Part shown: one piece after another, positions 26,556-39,378 of the stretch
How positions within the stretch are numbered: position 1 is the first letter of the stretch
Layout of the letters: each line of letters begins with the position of its first letter
Origin: Auanema rhodensis
Lineage: Eukaryota > Animalia > Nematoda
Direction of reading: 5' to 3'
DNA: 64,000 nt
Assembly: GCA_964057225.1 (NCBI GenBank)
Contig: OZ059896.1
Location: forward strand, 10,168,001-10,232,000
Program-made: the position numbers and the translations under genes
Notes under the pieces: generated by a model
What the model was told of the DNA's origin: nothing
The model's input: the letters and a program-made list of their open reading frames with translations, nothing else
The model's database searches: none

Positions 26556-27349
26556 TCAATTATATTTTATAAAATTGGTATTTAACTACTTTCATAGCCT
26601 GGAGTAGGTTGCTCTTACGATAATTTCCATATCAATTCCGTATTAATATTAATATTATGATTATGTGATAATAATGATTTTTAACATCAAAAACAGCTAT
26701 AACTGTTGTTCTTCATCTTTCTTATTTTTATTTTTCTCCGTTTTGCTCGAATATACATACTAACCATGACTATGATATAGCTATGATTTGGGTTTTGTGT
26801 TTGTATATACTGAGAAAGGCTATGATTTGAGATCTGTCAACCAAAATGTTGTTGTTGAATATTAATCAAAATATTATGTTGTAAATGAAAAATGAATAAG
26901 ATGAAATGTATATATATATACTAATATACTATATGTATATTTAATTATTTATTTATAGTTAATAAATGCTATATCACTTCGTTCCTCATGGCTCGACCAA
27001 TATATACAAACAGACAAATAATAGAGAAAATGATAAAATGTTAAAATGAACCGGGCTTTGACCAAAAAAATGAAAATTGAATGATTTGTAGGAAAAAAGT
27101 AGTTTTTTTTTGTGAATTTTCTTGTCCACATGTTTTTTTCTGTGTTTGTGAAGATCATTTAAAAGCTGTCAGAATGTAACCGGCCACCCTAAGATGAGCA
27201 CATGTTCGTAGAACACAGTATGACTGTTCGTATATGCTATTCGATGCACTCGTTTTTTGGACTGGTTTTTATGTAGATATTGGGTATGTATTGATGAACA
27301 AGATTGCGAAGTTGAGGAAAGGGAGAGAGGAAAGCGATTATAACAATGC

Positions 27350-30300
27350 TTAAATGAGTTAAAAAAGATTATAAATGAGCAAGAACATTCAAAATTAAAG
27401 AAGAAATTCATATTAATAGAAAGACAAATTGATATTCTTTTACCTGATTGCTCAGCAGATAGCCTACAGAACGATGAAGAAACTGAAGAGGAGATATCTT
27501 CCGCGTACCCATCAAAATGTGAAAGTGAAAATGTTAATGATAATCAAAGAAAACCTTGAAAAAATTTCTAAAAAAAGGTACGAACAGAGATTTTTTGAAA
27601 ATAGAATTGATATAATGATGAAAAAAGTAAACGAATTGAAGAAAAAAAATTGAGCGATATTGAATATAATATTGGCATAAGAAAACAAAAACCAAAAACC
27701 TGCAATATATCAGAAAGCAATGATGATTTGAGAGAATATAACATGTTTTCACGGACAAAAATCATTTTACATAACTTTGATAGAGATATAGCAGAATTTT
27801 TTAAATTCATTTTCGGCTCATTTTCTTCTTATTATTCAGAGAACTTTAATTATTCTGTTAAAATTTTGAGCCAGCGCATTAGCATAAGCATGCGCCACAG
27901 AGGAGGGTGGTGGCAACTACTAAACAAGCGCCTTGAATTTTATTATATAAATACAAAATTTAATCCTGCAGACTTACCTACAAGAGGTATAGAGATTCAG
28001 GACGTAGTATATGAAGCCTGGATCAAAGGTCCGCATTGGAATGTGGAAGAAAAGGAAAGAAATAAGAGAAAGTATTGTGATGAACCAGAACAAAAAATAA
28101 ATTTGAATTTGAATTTTAATCTGTTAACCAAATCTGATATCAGACATAGAAGATTTAGATCATTTAGGTAGTAAATTTTCTTCTTATTCAAAATTTACAA
28201 ACATTACTCGACAAATAATTACTTCTATAACTAGAATCAGAGGGAAACTTAATCTAATTAAAGAAACTATGTTTGAAGATATTGAGAACAGAGATATTAT
28301 GACTGAAAATAAAATTATTCAACTGATATTATTAAGGATGAACTCGGTATTTCGAGAGTGAGAGGTCGCATTAGCAACTCAGAACCAGAAAATAAAAAGT
28401 ATCCAACATTGCTTTTTTGAAAAAAGATTTTCACAAAATTATTTTTGAACTATATGCACGAAATATTTCTTCATGCACCAAAAGAAACTTTAATGGCTAG
28501 AAAAGAATTTTTCATATTCAAATTTAAATCATGGATTAATACAGTTATTCATTTTTGTGTTGAATGCAAAAAATTAAATTACAGACCATACAAATATCCG
28601 AATTTCCCACAATTACCAAAAGAAAAAGTTACTAAGTTCAAACCTTTCGAAAATATCAGAATTGATTATGCAGGACCACTGATAATCGAAACAGAAACTA
28701 ATTCTAATAAAAAAGTATGGATCATACTAATTACTTGCCTCTGTGCAAGAGCAGTATACTTAGATTTAGCCAATGATAGCTCAAGCAAACAATTAAAATT
28801 GAATCTCAGAAAGTTTTTTGCTTGTAAAAGAGTATCATCAAAAATAATATCAGACAACGGAAGTCAGTTTTCAAAAACTGACAAAATTTTGAAAGAGTTT
28901 CTAGAAAATAAGCTAATCAAATGGGAAATTACAACTCCCTACTCTCCATGAATAGATGGGTTTTATGAAAGGATGATTGGTGTAACTAAGAAATATTTGA
29001 TTAAATCAATAGGAACCAGAAAAATAGAGTATAATAAACTCTACACAGTGCTAATAGAGATAGAAAACATATTAATCGAAGACCTCTTTCATACATGAAA
29101 GGCGATTTTGACAAGATAATAACACCCAAAAGTTTGGAATTTTATCATCCCGATAACATCATTCGCGAGTTTTCAAAAACAGGAAATGAAGGTAACTTGA
29201 ATAATTTTTTGGGTAGTCTTGCCTACCACTGGATGAACTGAGAACTGTTTCAAATCAAAAATCCTCAAATAAAAACTTCAATAAAACAAAGCCTAAAATA
29301 GGCGAAATAGTATCATGCATGAACAATAATGTCAAAAGACACAAATAATCTATGGCCCTGATAGAGAGAACTTATTGTTTCTAAAGATAGCAATGTTAGA
29401 ACAGTTAAAATTAGAAATTCATAAAAGTAAAAGATTCCTGAGATCCATAAACCAGTTAATATCTAAGGAAATATCAGAAAATTTGACTGAGTCAGAAGAA
29501 AATGAAATTCCCTTCGAACAATCTTTGTTAAATAATCATGACAACATTACTACCAGTGAGATCGATGAAAGGCTCAGAAATAATAGGAAAATTGATTATA
29601 AAAATTTTTTTAAACTTTTCTCACTTGATATATTTGAGTAATTAAATATGATTTATTCCAAAAAAATAAATAAATAAGAGTTATAAAACAGTTTTTGGTT
29701 TTTTGTTTGGGGTGGAGGATTCACGCTATGCAAACGCCTCACGTGAAAGACACGTAAACGTAAAGAGTATATGAACTGCCTCGATTCATGAAAAAGTTCA
29801 TTCTCTACAATGTCACAACAAGCGGTGATGAACGATTATGAAGAATTATTGGCAAAAAAAAAGCTGAAACGACTCCGACAAAAAGATAGAAACTGAACTT
29901 GAATCCGTAAATAATAGACTTGCTTTTTTGGAAAAAAAGTGTTGTTACCATTTGTGAACTTCTTCAAGAAATGAAAGATAGTGAGAAATTAAACTGTAAT
30001 TTTACCGTAAACCCGATTTATTTAACTGAATGGAATTAAGAAAAAGGTGAAGCTTGAAGCTAAACAAAGGGAATGTTCCAAATCTAAATTGTGTGATCAG
30101 AATCATCAAACTGAAAAATGTTCAAACCATCCCACTAAGATTGCAAAGTTTACGAAAAGAGAGAAATTAAATATTTAAAATGTTGCGTTTGAAAAATATA
30201 ATATTTTGTATTCGAAGGCGGAATGTTTTGTGAATAACACCAAAAAGTAAAACTATTTACACGGTTTTCTCAAATCAGTAAAAGGTAAACAAACAATTTT

Positions 30301-30541
30301 GAATTAACTCAATTAAGAAATCATTTTTAACAATATTTCTAGGTAGAGCGGCTGAATATACGTGAAATCTAACGTGCGTGGATTCGACGTGCATTGACGC
30401 AAATGAAGCTTTTAGTTTTAACTCTGATTAACAAAAACAACGCATAGTCGCATATAAATAATTTTTATAATTAAATTAATTCATATTAATACATACCAAA
30501 AATAAATCATTTATTATTATAAAATGTTTATTTACAATACA
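27350..30541 (+). mobile_element. 5'-truncated, degenerate BEL/Pao LTR retrotransposon with 3' LTR (30224-30541)
   Basis: RNase H end motif NPADLPTRG..W..GP.W, integrase H..H/C..C, DYAGP, ISDNGSQF and P.SP*..GFYERMIG, with many stops and frameshifts. Purine tract GAAGGCGGAA directly precedes a 318-bp TG..CA LTR followed by target sequence CTAGT. RT, gag and the 5' LTR were not found. Confidence 0.9.
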
Positions 30542-30847
30542 CTAGTCCGCCAAGACCATTCAACACTAAGTTTGGAAGAGAAAAAAAGATTGTGAATGAG
30601 GAATACATGAAAGAACAAGCGTTATATATAAAAAGATGAACAAAAAACGAAGATGACATGGGCTGTGACGATTGTCCGTTAAATTTGATTTCTGGTGGTC
30701 CGAACAAAACAGCATTGTATTTTTTGAATTCAACGTTTTTCGGCGATATACAGCAGAAAGAAAGGTGCAAAAAACAGAACGTTAAACCAGAAGTATAGAG
30801 TATCCAATTAGAAAAATATGTCTTTAAAAAGATATTTATTTATTTTA

Positions 30848-31455
30848 CCTGATTTCCATTGTTTTGTCCTACTTGACAGACAGATTGTCCAGGGCATTGG
30901 TAATTTTGGTTGCATGATCCAATTTGAACACCTCCAGTACATCCACAAGCACTGTTTTGTGGAGCCTGCAGAAGCATGCATGATTGAAACTGTACTTGTT
31001 AACGATATACCTGAGTGCTAACATATGGAGCAGGGGTTGGGAGATTTCCTGGAGTTCCTTGAGTATCCCACACGCAAACTTGAGCTTGGACATCGAATAC
31101 GGTAGCTGGAGCACATGGCATGCGTTGCCAGCGTCCGCAGAAGAGATTGTTTGGAGCTGGTTGGCATTGAAGGTAGTGAGAACGAGATTGGGGATCAACA
31201 GCTAATGGATCAACCATCCATGAGCAGATTCCTTGATATTGTGCGTTCTGAACACCTTGTCCTTGTACTACAAATATAAAACGTGTTATTTGAATGAGAC
31301 GCGTGAAACAATACCAAGGGGGCAAGCTTGTGGCTGAACAACAGCTGGTTGTTGCTGTGGGCAGTATTGTTGCTGTGTGGTGGTGGTCTGGCAGTTCTTA
31401 AAATATATTCATGAGAATCTTCCGAAAAAGTGGATTAATTACAATCTGAGGAGGA
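30848..31455 (-). pseudogene. Duplicated internal fragment (exons 6-8) of the chitin-binding gene
   Basis: Near-identical to 40283-40890, with identical ORF translations. It lacks the promoter and exons 1-5, and the terminal exon is deleted near 27062. Confidence 0.85.
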
Positions 31456-31482
31456 TTTATATATATAGATAAATGGACTGAT

Positions 31483-31630
31483 GGCTCTAGTGCAGTCGTA
31501 AGACATACCTTTCAGAACGGAGGTTGGGGGGAGTTTTTTTTCACGTAAAATGGTTTTAAAAAGTTATATTATTTAATTTTTAAGCAACTGTGTGCACTTC
31601 GGCAAAAGGAGCGGGGCTTACGTCTTGGGA
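31483..31630. mobile_element. Truncated Merlin-like MITE at duplication junction 1
   Basis: Starts GGCTCTAGTGCAG (the terminus of the 21575-23204 element) and continues as the reverse complement of about 21640-21735. The right end is lost in a deletion. Confidence 0.75.
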
Positions 31631-31920
31631 GAATTTTTTTTTTTAGAAAAAATTTATTTAATTTTTCAACATTTAATAATCTATATTATGCATATAAGCT
31701 GAATATTCGTATATATTTAAAATATTTTCACTTTGTATATCATTTGTTTATAACTATGTCTAAGTCTAGTTTACAGATGGTTAATGATGTAATGATGAAC
31801 ACAGAAAATCATATTATCATATGTAATATTCAATTTTGAAATTGATTAATTAAATGATTATATAAATGTATTATGTAGTTTTGTGTGCTGTTTTTTTTTT
31901 GCAAATTAATCTTGAACACC

Positions 31921-33752
31921 ATGCTAAACTTGAAGAGGATCAAAAAACATTTAGTCTATAGCATGCTATACGTACAAACCGAAAAATATTTTATGGTTAT
32001 TTTTTGTATTTAATAAGAGATACCAATATTCCATAAATATATTTTTTTATAATTTTGAAGAATTGAATATATACATATATGTGTGTATATGTGTACATAA
32101 ATCAAATTTTTTCCTTTTATTTTTTCCTTCTTTAGTTTGTATTTTCTTTTCTTTTGGCAAAAAAGAGAAAGTTTAAATGTAAGTATTTTAACTGTTAGCC
32201 TATTACAGACACCTATTATGGAAGCTTATGTTATAATAATGTGGAGTTTATCTATATTTGGGTTTATTACATTAATTGTATCGTTATATTTAATATATCC
32301 TCGAAATGTAAATGGATTATCAAACGAATTTAAATTTATTATGATAGGACAGATTATTGTGTATATTCATTTATATTTAATTATCATTTTATCATTTTGT
32401 TTCGTATTTTAAGGGCAAGCGCATCACAAATATGTTTAACAGCTGGTACTGTTCCGATGATAATTTTACCATGTATGGCAGGTTATCCTATGGGAATACT
32501 CACACATTTAGGAATTGATACCTACATGCAGCTCTGTATTCAGATTAGCTTAATATCTTGTATGAATATAATATTAAATGTAATATTTTTATATTTTAAT
32601 GAATTAATTATTTTCAGTAAATGGATTCTTTATATGTTCATTAACTTTACATAGAGCATTAGCTGTTGTTATTAATATTAAAAGAAAATATGAATATATC
32701 TCTAAAGGAATTAATTATACACATATAATATTTCAATGTACAGTCTTTCCTTCTTTATTATCATTATTGACTTTTTTTCATGAAGAAGGTGTTGCTGAAT
32801 GTGAAAAGGTACAATATCATTGATTAACTATAAGTTTAATTATAAGTTTTAATATATATTTGATTTAGATATATAAAGGACCTATTCCAACTGGTATATA
32901 TCTAAAAAGCACAATTTTTCTATTTCCTTCATTAGATAAATATACTTTATTGTTCGTTTGTGATGCTTTCGTTATGATTGCGGTTTTCAGTTCAATATTC
33001 ACAACAAGCACTTTATATTTACTTCAAACCCTTGGTAAACACAAATCGTCAGTTGTTTCCCAAAGTAGGATGGATCATCAAAAACGAATAACTATATCAA
33101 TTTTATCTTTGGTTAGTTACTTTCTTCTAATAGTCATTCATTTCATATACTAACTATACTTATTTATTTATTTATTTGTCTTTACAAGAGAATCAAATGA
33201 TATTTTTAATTTTCATTTTATTCATTTAAAATTTTATTATTATTATTAATTTTTAGGCTTTTGTAGAAATAATAGGCTTATTTATACCTGCATTTTGGAT
33301 TATGTTTGCAAGTCTTACTGAGTTACCATATCCAAGTAATATTTTAATTTTTTATAATATTTATTAAAAAATATTAATTATCTAAACGGTTGTATGTACG
33401 TAATACGTAATACTACGTATATATACATATAATTTTTCTAACTATTAGTACCAGTTAATAGATGATGTTTTTGAAGATTTAATTAAAATTATTTTAAAAT
33501 AAACTAATTATAAAAATCATATACATATCTTTAAATCTTTTTTTTCCCAATTTGTTTTTTAGTAATCACCAAACTTTCATTTTTGTGTTTGGCTATTGCT
33601 CCGATTTTAGGATGTACTATTCTCATTGGAGGTACACCTGCATATGCAAATGAATTTCGAAAACTTATCGCAAAAGGTTAATTTATCCTATTTGAAAAAT
33701 TTTTATTTTCAAATTTATACTTCTAGTATACCCTAAAACGAGTGGAAAATAG
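31921..33752 (+). CDS. Srh-type chemoreceptor copy 2 (apparent chimera of copies 3 and 1), ORF intact
   Basis: Same 8-exon structure as copy 1; starts MLNLKRIKKHLVYSMLY and ends VYPKTSGK*. Confidence 0.85.
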
Positions 33753-34667
33753 TCAATTATATTTTATAAAATTGGTATTTAACTACTTTCATACACTGGA
33801 TTATGTAGCTCTTAACCATAACTATGATATAGCTATGATTTGAGTTTTGTGTTTGAGCAGGTTGGCGCTTGATTTGAGATCTGTCAACCAAAATGTTGTT
33901 GTTGAATATTAATCAAAACATTATGTTATAAATGAAAAATGAATAAGATGAAATATATATATATATACTAATATACTATATGTATATTTAATTATTTATT
34001 TATAGTTAATATATGCTACATCACTTCGTTCCTCATGGCTCGACCAATATATACAAACAGATAAATAATAGAGAAAATGATAAAATGTTAAAATGAACCG
34101 GGCTTTGACCAAAAAAATGAAAATTGAATGATTTGTAGGAAAAAAGTAGTTTTTTTTTGTGAATTTTCTTGTCCACATGTTTTTTTCTGTGTTTGTGAAG
34201 ATCATTTAAAAGCTGTCAGAATGTAACCGGCCACCCTAAGATGAGCACATGTTCGTAGAACACAGTATGACTGTTCGTATATGCTATTCGATGCACTCGT
34301 TTTTTGGACTGGTTTTTATGTAGATATTAGGTATGTATTGATGAACAAGATTGCGAAGTTGAGGAAAGGGAGAGAGGAAAGCGATTATAACGATGCTGCT
34401 CTATTTTCCTTATATAATAAACTCAAATACTAAAAAAAGAGAGAAAGAGATGGAGATAGAGAGAAAGAAAGGGCAAAAGCGAAAATGAAAGAGATCGGAG
34501 AAACTGGAGATAATAAGGTATTACGCCAGTGAAGAAATAAGAGTAGGAAGAACAAAAAATGTTGAAATAATGGGTTGTGTGACGAACTGTGGAGATTGCA
34601 TTTTCCTTTTATGTTTTGGCGAAGCTTCAGGTGAGCTAAGAAGTCTTGTTTGCCCTGCGCCGCTAGT

Positions 34668-34985
34668 TGTTTTGTGAATAACACCAAAAAGTAAAACTAT
34701 TTACACGGTTTTCTCAAATCAGTAAAAGGTAAACAAACAATTTTGAATTAACTCAATTAAGAAATCATTTTTAACAATATTTCTAGGTAGAGCGGCTGAA
34801 TATACGTGAAATCTAACGTGCGTGGATTCGACGTGCATTGACGCAAATGAAGCTTTTAGTTTTAACTCTGATTAACAAAAACAACGCATAGTCGCATATA
34901 AATAATTTTTATAATTAAATTAATTCATATTAATACATACCAAAAATAAATCATTTATTATTATAAAATGTTTATTTACAATACA
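34668..34985 (+). mobile_element. Solo LTR of the BEL/Pao element
   Basis: 318 bp, TG...CA, matching 30224-30541, with 5-bp TSD CTAGT (34663-34667, 34986-34990). The empty site with one CTAGT is at about 39977. Confidence 0.93.
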
Positions 34986-35437
34986 CTAGTCCGCCAAGAC
35001 CATTCAACACTAAGTTTGGAAGAGAAAAAAAGATTGTGAATGAGGAATACATGAAAGAACAAGCGTTATATATAAAAAGATGAACAAAAAACGAAGATGA
35101 CATGGGCTGTGACGATTGTCCGTTAAATTTGATTTCTGGTGGTCCGAACAAAACAGCATTGTATTTTTTGAATTCAACGTTTTTCGGCGATATACAGCAG
35201 AAAGAAAGGTGCAAAAAACAGAACGTTAAACCAGAAGTATAGAGTATCCAATTAGAAAAATATGTCTTTAAAAAGATATTTATTTATTTTACCTGATTTC
35301 CATTGTTTTGTCCTACTTGACAGACAGATTGTCCAGGGCATTGGTAATTTTGGTTGTCGGGGAGCTCTTAAAATATATTCATGAGAATCTTCCGAAAGAG
35401 TGGATTAATTGCAATCTGAGGAGGATTTATATATATA

Positions 35438-35843
35438 GATAAATGGACTGATGGCTCTAGTGCAGTCGTAAGACATACCTTTCAGAACGGAGGTTGGGGG
35501 GAGTTTTTTTTCACGTAAAATGGTTTTAAAAAGTTATATTATTTAATTTTTAAGCAACTGTGTGCACTTCGGCAAAAGGAGCGAGGCTTACGTCTTGGGA
35601 GCGTTAATTACGGGGGGAGGATGAAACTGCACTGAAACTGAGCCACTATGCAATACATTTAACTATTTAAGGGCTCATACAAGGTTTGTAAGATAACGAT
35701 TATCGTTGACTTTTATTGAAAAAATTATAAATTTATAACTATTTAATATAGTTTTAATTGAATTATCGTAATAATTCATTATTTTTTAATTTATTTTCAG
35801 TCAGCAACGTCAAGAAGCACAATTTGTTCCTGATCCGGATGAA
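35438..35843 (+). pseudogene. Duplicated, disrupted exon 2-3 fragment of the three-finger gene
   Basis: Matches 20186-20419, interrupted by a MITE and followed by a ~330-bp deletion removing the TM-coding part and last exon. Confidence 0.85.
35453..35644. mobile_element. Merlin-like MITE (~190 bp) at duplication junction 2
   Basis: GGCTCTAGTGCAG...CTGCACTGAAACTGAGCC; same family as 21575-23204 in inverted orientation. No clean TSD; adjacent exon bases are deleted. Confidence 0.75.
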
Positions 35844-37012
35844 GCTTTCAATGCGGGTCACTCACAGCACCGATATCAACGGCTTGGTCTTTATTCTGGT
35901 GAATTCTTATGAAACTTCAACAAAAAATAAAGAAAATACAAATTATAACAATATTATATTTATTATTATTTTAAAAATAAAGAAAACAACTTTGAATAAA
36001 AATAAAATAATATGTTATTTAAGAATAATTTCTAAATACATTTACATATAATTACTGTTTTCTGAAACATCAAAAGAAGAAGAAACAAATTCTTTTTTTC
36101 TATCTCAAGAGTTACAACACGTAAGACGTTCAAAACAATTTTTTTAACTCTTCTCGTCTCTTCAAGACTTTTCGAATTATAGCTTCTATATTTACCTTTT
36201 CTTTTGTTTAAATTTGTATTCATAAAAATATATAATTTTAAATAATATATATTTGTTTTAAAACTTATTATATTTCATCATTTTCAGATATTTTTTTATT
36301 TAATGTATGGATGATGTGGTTCTCTGTATTTCCAATTTATTTACTAACTGAAGCTTTAATACCAAACCATTTGTGCCTTGTTAAATACAATTATATTCCA
36401 ATCTCTAGATGTATATTGCTCAGATGGACCAGATATTCTTGAAAACCATGGCAAACGATAATATTTATAATATCAATACTTTTAAGTAAAAAAAACATTA
36501 TTTTGAATTATTCTTCTGAAGTTGAAATTATTTTTTTAAATTGTAAATGTTGTATGTTGTAAGTCTTTGTGTTTATAAATCTTTTTTTTTCTTGGTTTTC
36601 TAAGAAATATTATTTTTCTTTTATTTTTGGTTTTATACTGAGATTTTAAATGTTTTGTTATTACTCAACTTTACAATATTGAATATGTTTATATATTTAA
36701 GTAGATATCATTTCAAAATAAAATTTTTTTTTTTTTAGAAAAAATTTATTTAATTTTTCAACATTTAATAATCTATATTATGCATATAAGCTGAATATTC
36801 GTATATATTTAAAATATTTTCACTTTGTATATCATTTGTTTATAACTATGTCTAAGTCTAGTTTACAGATGGTTAATGATGTAATGATGAACACAGAAAA
36901 TCATATTATCATGTGTAATATTCAATTTTGAAATTGATTAATTAAATGATTATATAAATGTATTATGTAGTTTTGTGTGCTGTTTTTTTTTTGCAAATTA
37001 ATCTTGAACACC

Positions 37013-38847
37013 ATGCTAAACTTGAAGAGGATCAAAAAACATTTAGTCTATAGCATGCTATACGTACAAACCGAAAAATATTTTATGGTTATTTTTTGTA
37101 TTTAATAAGAGATACCAATATTCCATAAATATATTTTTTTATAATTTTGAAGAATTGAATATATACATATATGTGTGTATATGTGTACATAAATCAAATT
37201 TGTTTCCTTTTATTTTTTCCTTCTTTAGTTTGTATTTTCTTTTCTTTTGGCTAAAAAGAGAAAGTTTAAATGTAAGTATTTTAACTGTTAGCCTATTACA
37301 GACACCTATTATGGAAGCTTATGTTATAATAATGTGGAGTTTATCTATATTTGGGTTTATTACATTAATTGTATCGTTATATTTAATATATCCTCGAAAT
37401 GTAAATGGATTATCAAACGAATTTAAATTTATTATGATAGGACAGATTATTGTGTATATTCATTTATATTTAATTATCATTTTATCATTTTTTTTCGTAT
37501 TTTAAGGGCAAGCGCATCACAAATATGTTTAACAGCTGGTACTGTTCCGATGATAATTTTACCATGTATGGCAGGTTATCCTATGGGAATACTCACACAT
37601 TTAGGAATTGATACCTACATGCAGCTCTGTATTCAGATTAGCTTAATATCTTGTATGAATATAATATTAAATGTAATATTTTTATATTTTAATGAATTAA
37701 TTATTTTCAGTAAATGGATTCTTTATATGTTCATTAACTTTATATAGAGCATTAGCTGTTGTTATTAATATTAAAAGAAAATATGAATATATCTCTAAAG
37801 GAATTAATTATACACATATAATATTTCAATGTACAGTCTTTCCTTCTTTATTTTCTTTAGTAACTTTTTTTCGTGAAGAAGGTGTTGCTGAATGTCAAAA
37901 GGTACAATATCATTGAATAAGTTTAACTATAAATTTTAATATATATTTGATTTAGATATATAAAGGACCTATTCCAACTGGTATATATCTAAAAAGAACA
38001 ATTTTTCTATTTCCTTCAATAGATAAATATACTTTATTCGCTGCTTATGATATTATCCTTATGCTTGTTATATATTCTTCTATATTCACAACAAGCACTC
38101 TATATTTACTTCAAACCCTTGGTAAGCACAAATCGACAATTGTCTCCCAAAGTAGGATGGATCTTCAAAAACGAATAACTATATCAATTTTATCTTTGGT
38201 TAGTTTCTTTCTTCTAATAGTCATTCATTTCATATGCTAACTATACTTATTTATTTATTTATTTGTCTTTACAAGAGAATCAAATGATATTTTTAATTTT
38301 CATTTTATTCATTTAAAATTTTATTATTATTATTAATTTTTAGGCTATTGTAGAAATAATAGGCGTATTTATACCTGCATTTTGGATTATGTTTGCAACT
38401 CTTACTGAGATACCATATCCAAGTAATATTTTAATTTTTTATAATATTTATTAAAAAATATTAATTATCTAAACGGTTGTATGTACGTAAAACGTAATAC
38501 TACGTATACTACGTATATATACATATAATTTTTCTAACTATTAGTACCAGTTAATAGATGATGTTTTTGAAGATTTAATTAAATTATTTTAAAATAAACT
38601 AATTATAAAAATCATATACATATCTTTAAATCTTTTTTTTACCAATTTGTTTTTTAGTAATCACCAAACTTTCATTTTTGTGTTTGGCTATTGCTCCGAT
38701 TTTAGGATGTACTATTCTCATTAGAGGTACACCTGCATATGCAAATGAATTTCGAAAACTTATCGCCAAAGGTTAATTTATCCTATTTGAAAAATTTTTT
38801 TTTTCAAATTCGTACTTTTAGTTTTTCCTAAATTCCGTGGAAAATAG
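37013..38847 (+). CDS. Srh-type chemoreceptor copy 3, ORF intact
   Basis: Same 8-exon structure; TM5 region reads YTLFAAYDIILMLVIYSSIF and the protein ends VFPKFRGK*. Confidence 0.85.
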
Positions 38848-39378
38848 TCAATTATATTTTATAAAATTGGTATTTAACTACTTTCATAGCCTGGAGTAGG
38901 TTGCTCTTACGATAATTTCCATATCAATTCCGTATTAATATTAATATTATGATTATGTGATAATAATGATTTTTAACATCAAAAACAGCTATAACTGTTG
39001 TTCTTCATCTTTTTTATTTTTCTTTTTCTCCGTTTTGCTCGAATATACATACTAACCATGACTATGATATAGCTATGATTTGGGTTTTGTGTTTGTATAT
39101 ACTGAGAAAGGCTATGATTTGAGATCTGTCAACCAAAATGTTGTTGTTGAATATTAATCAAAATATTATGTTGTAAATGAAAAATGAATAAGATGAAATG
39201 TATATATATATACTAATATACTATATGTATATTTAATTATTTATTTATAGTTAATAAATGCTATATCACTTCGTTCCTCATGGCTCGACCAATATATACA
39301 AACAGACAAATAATAGAGAAAATGATCACAAATTGATTCAATATTTAGCCGGGCTTTGACTAAGTATGAATGGTACAC

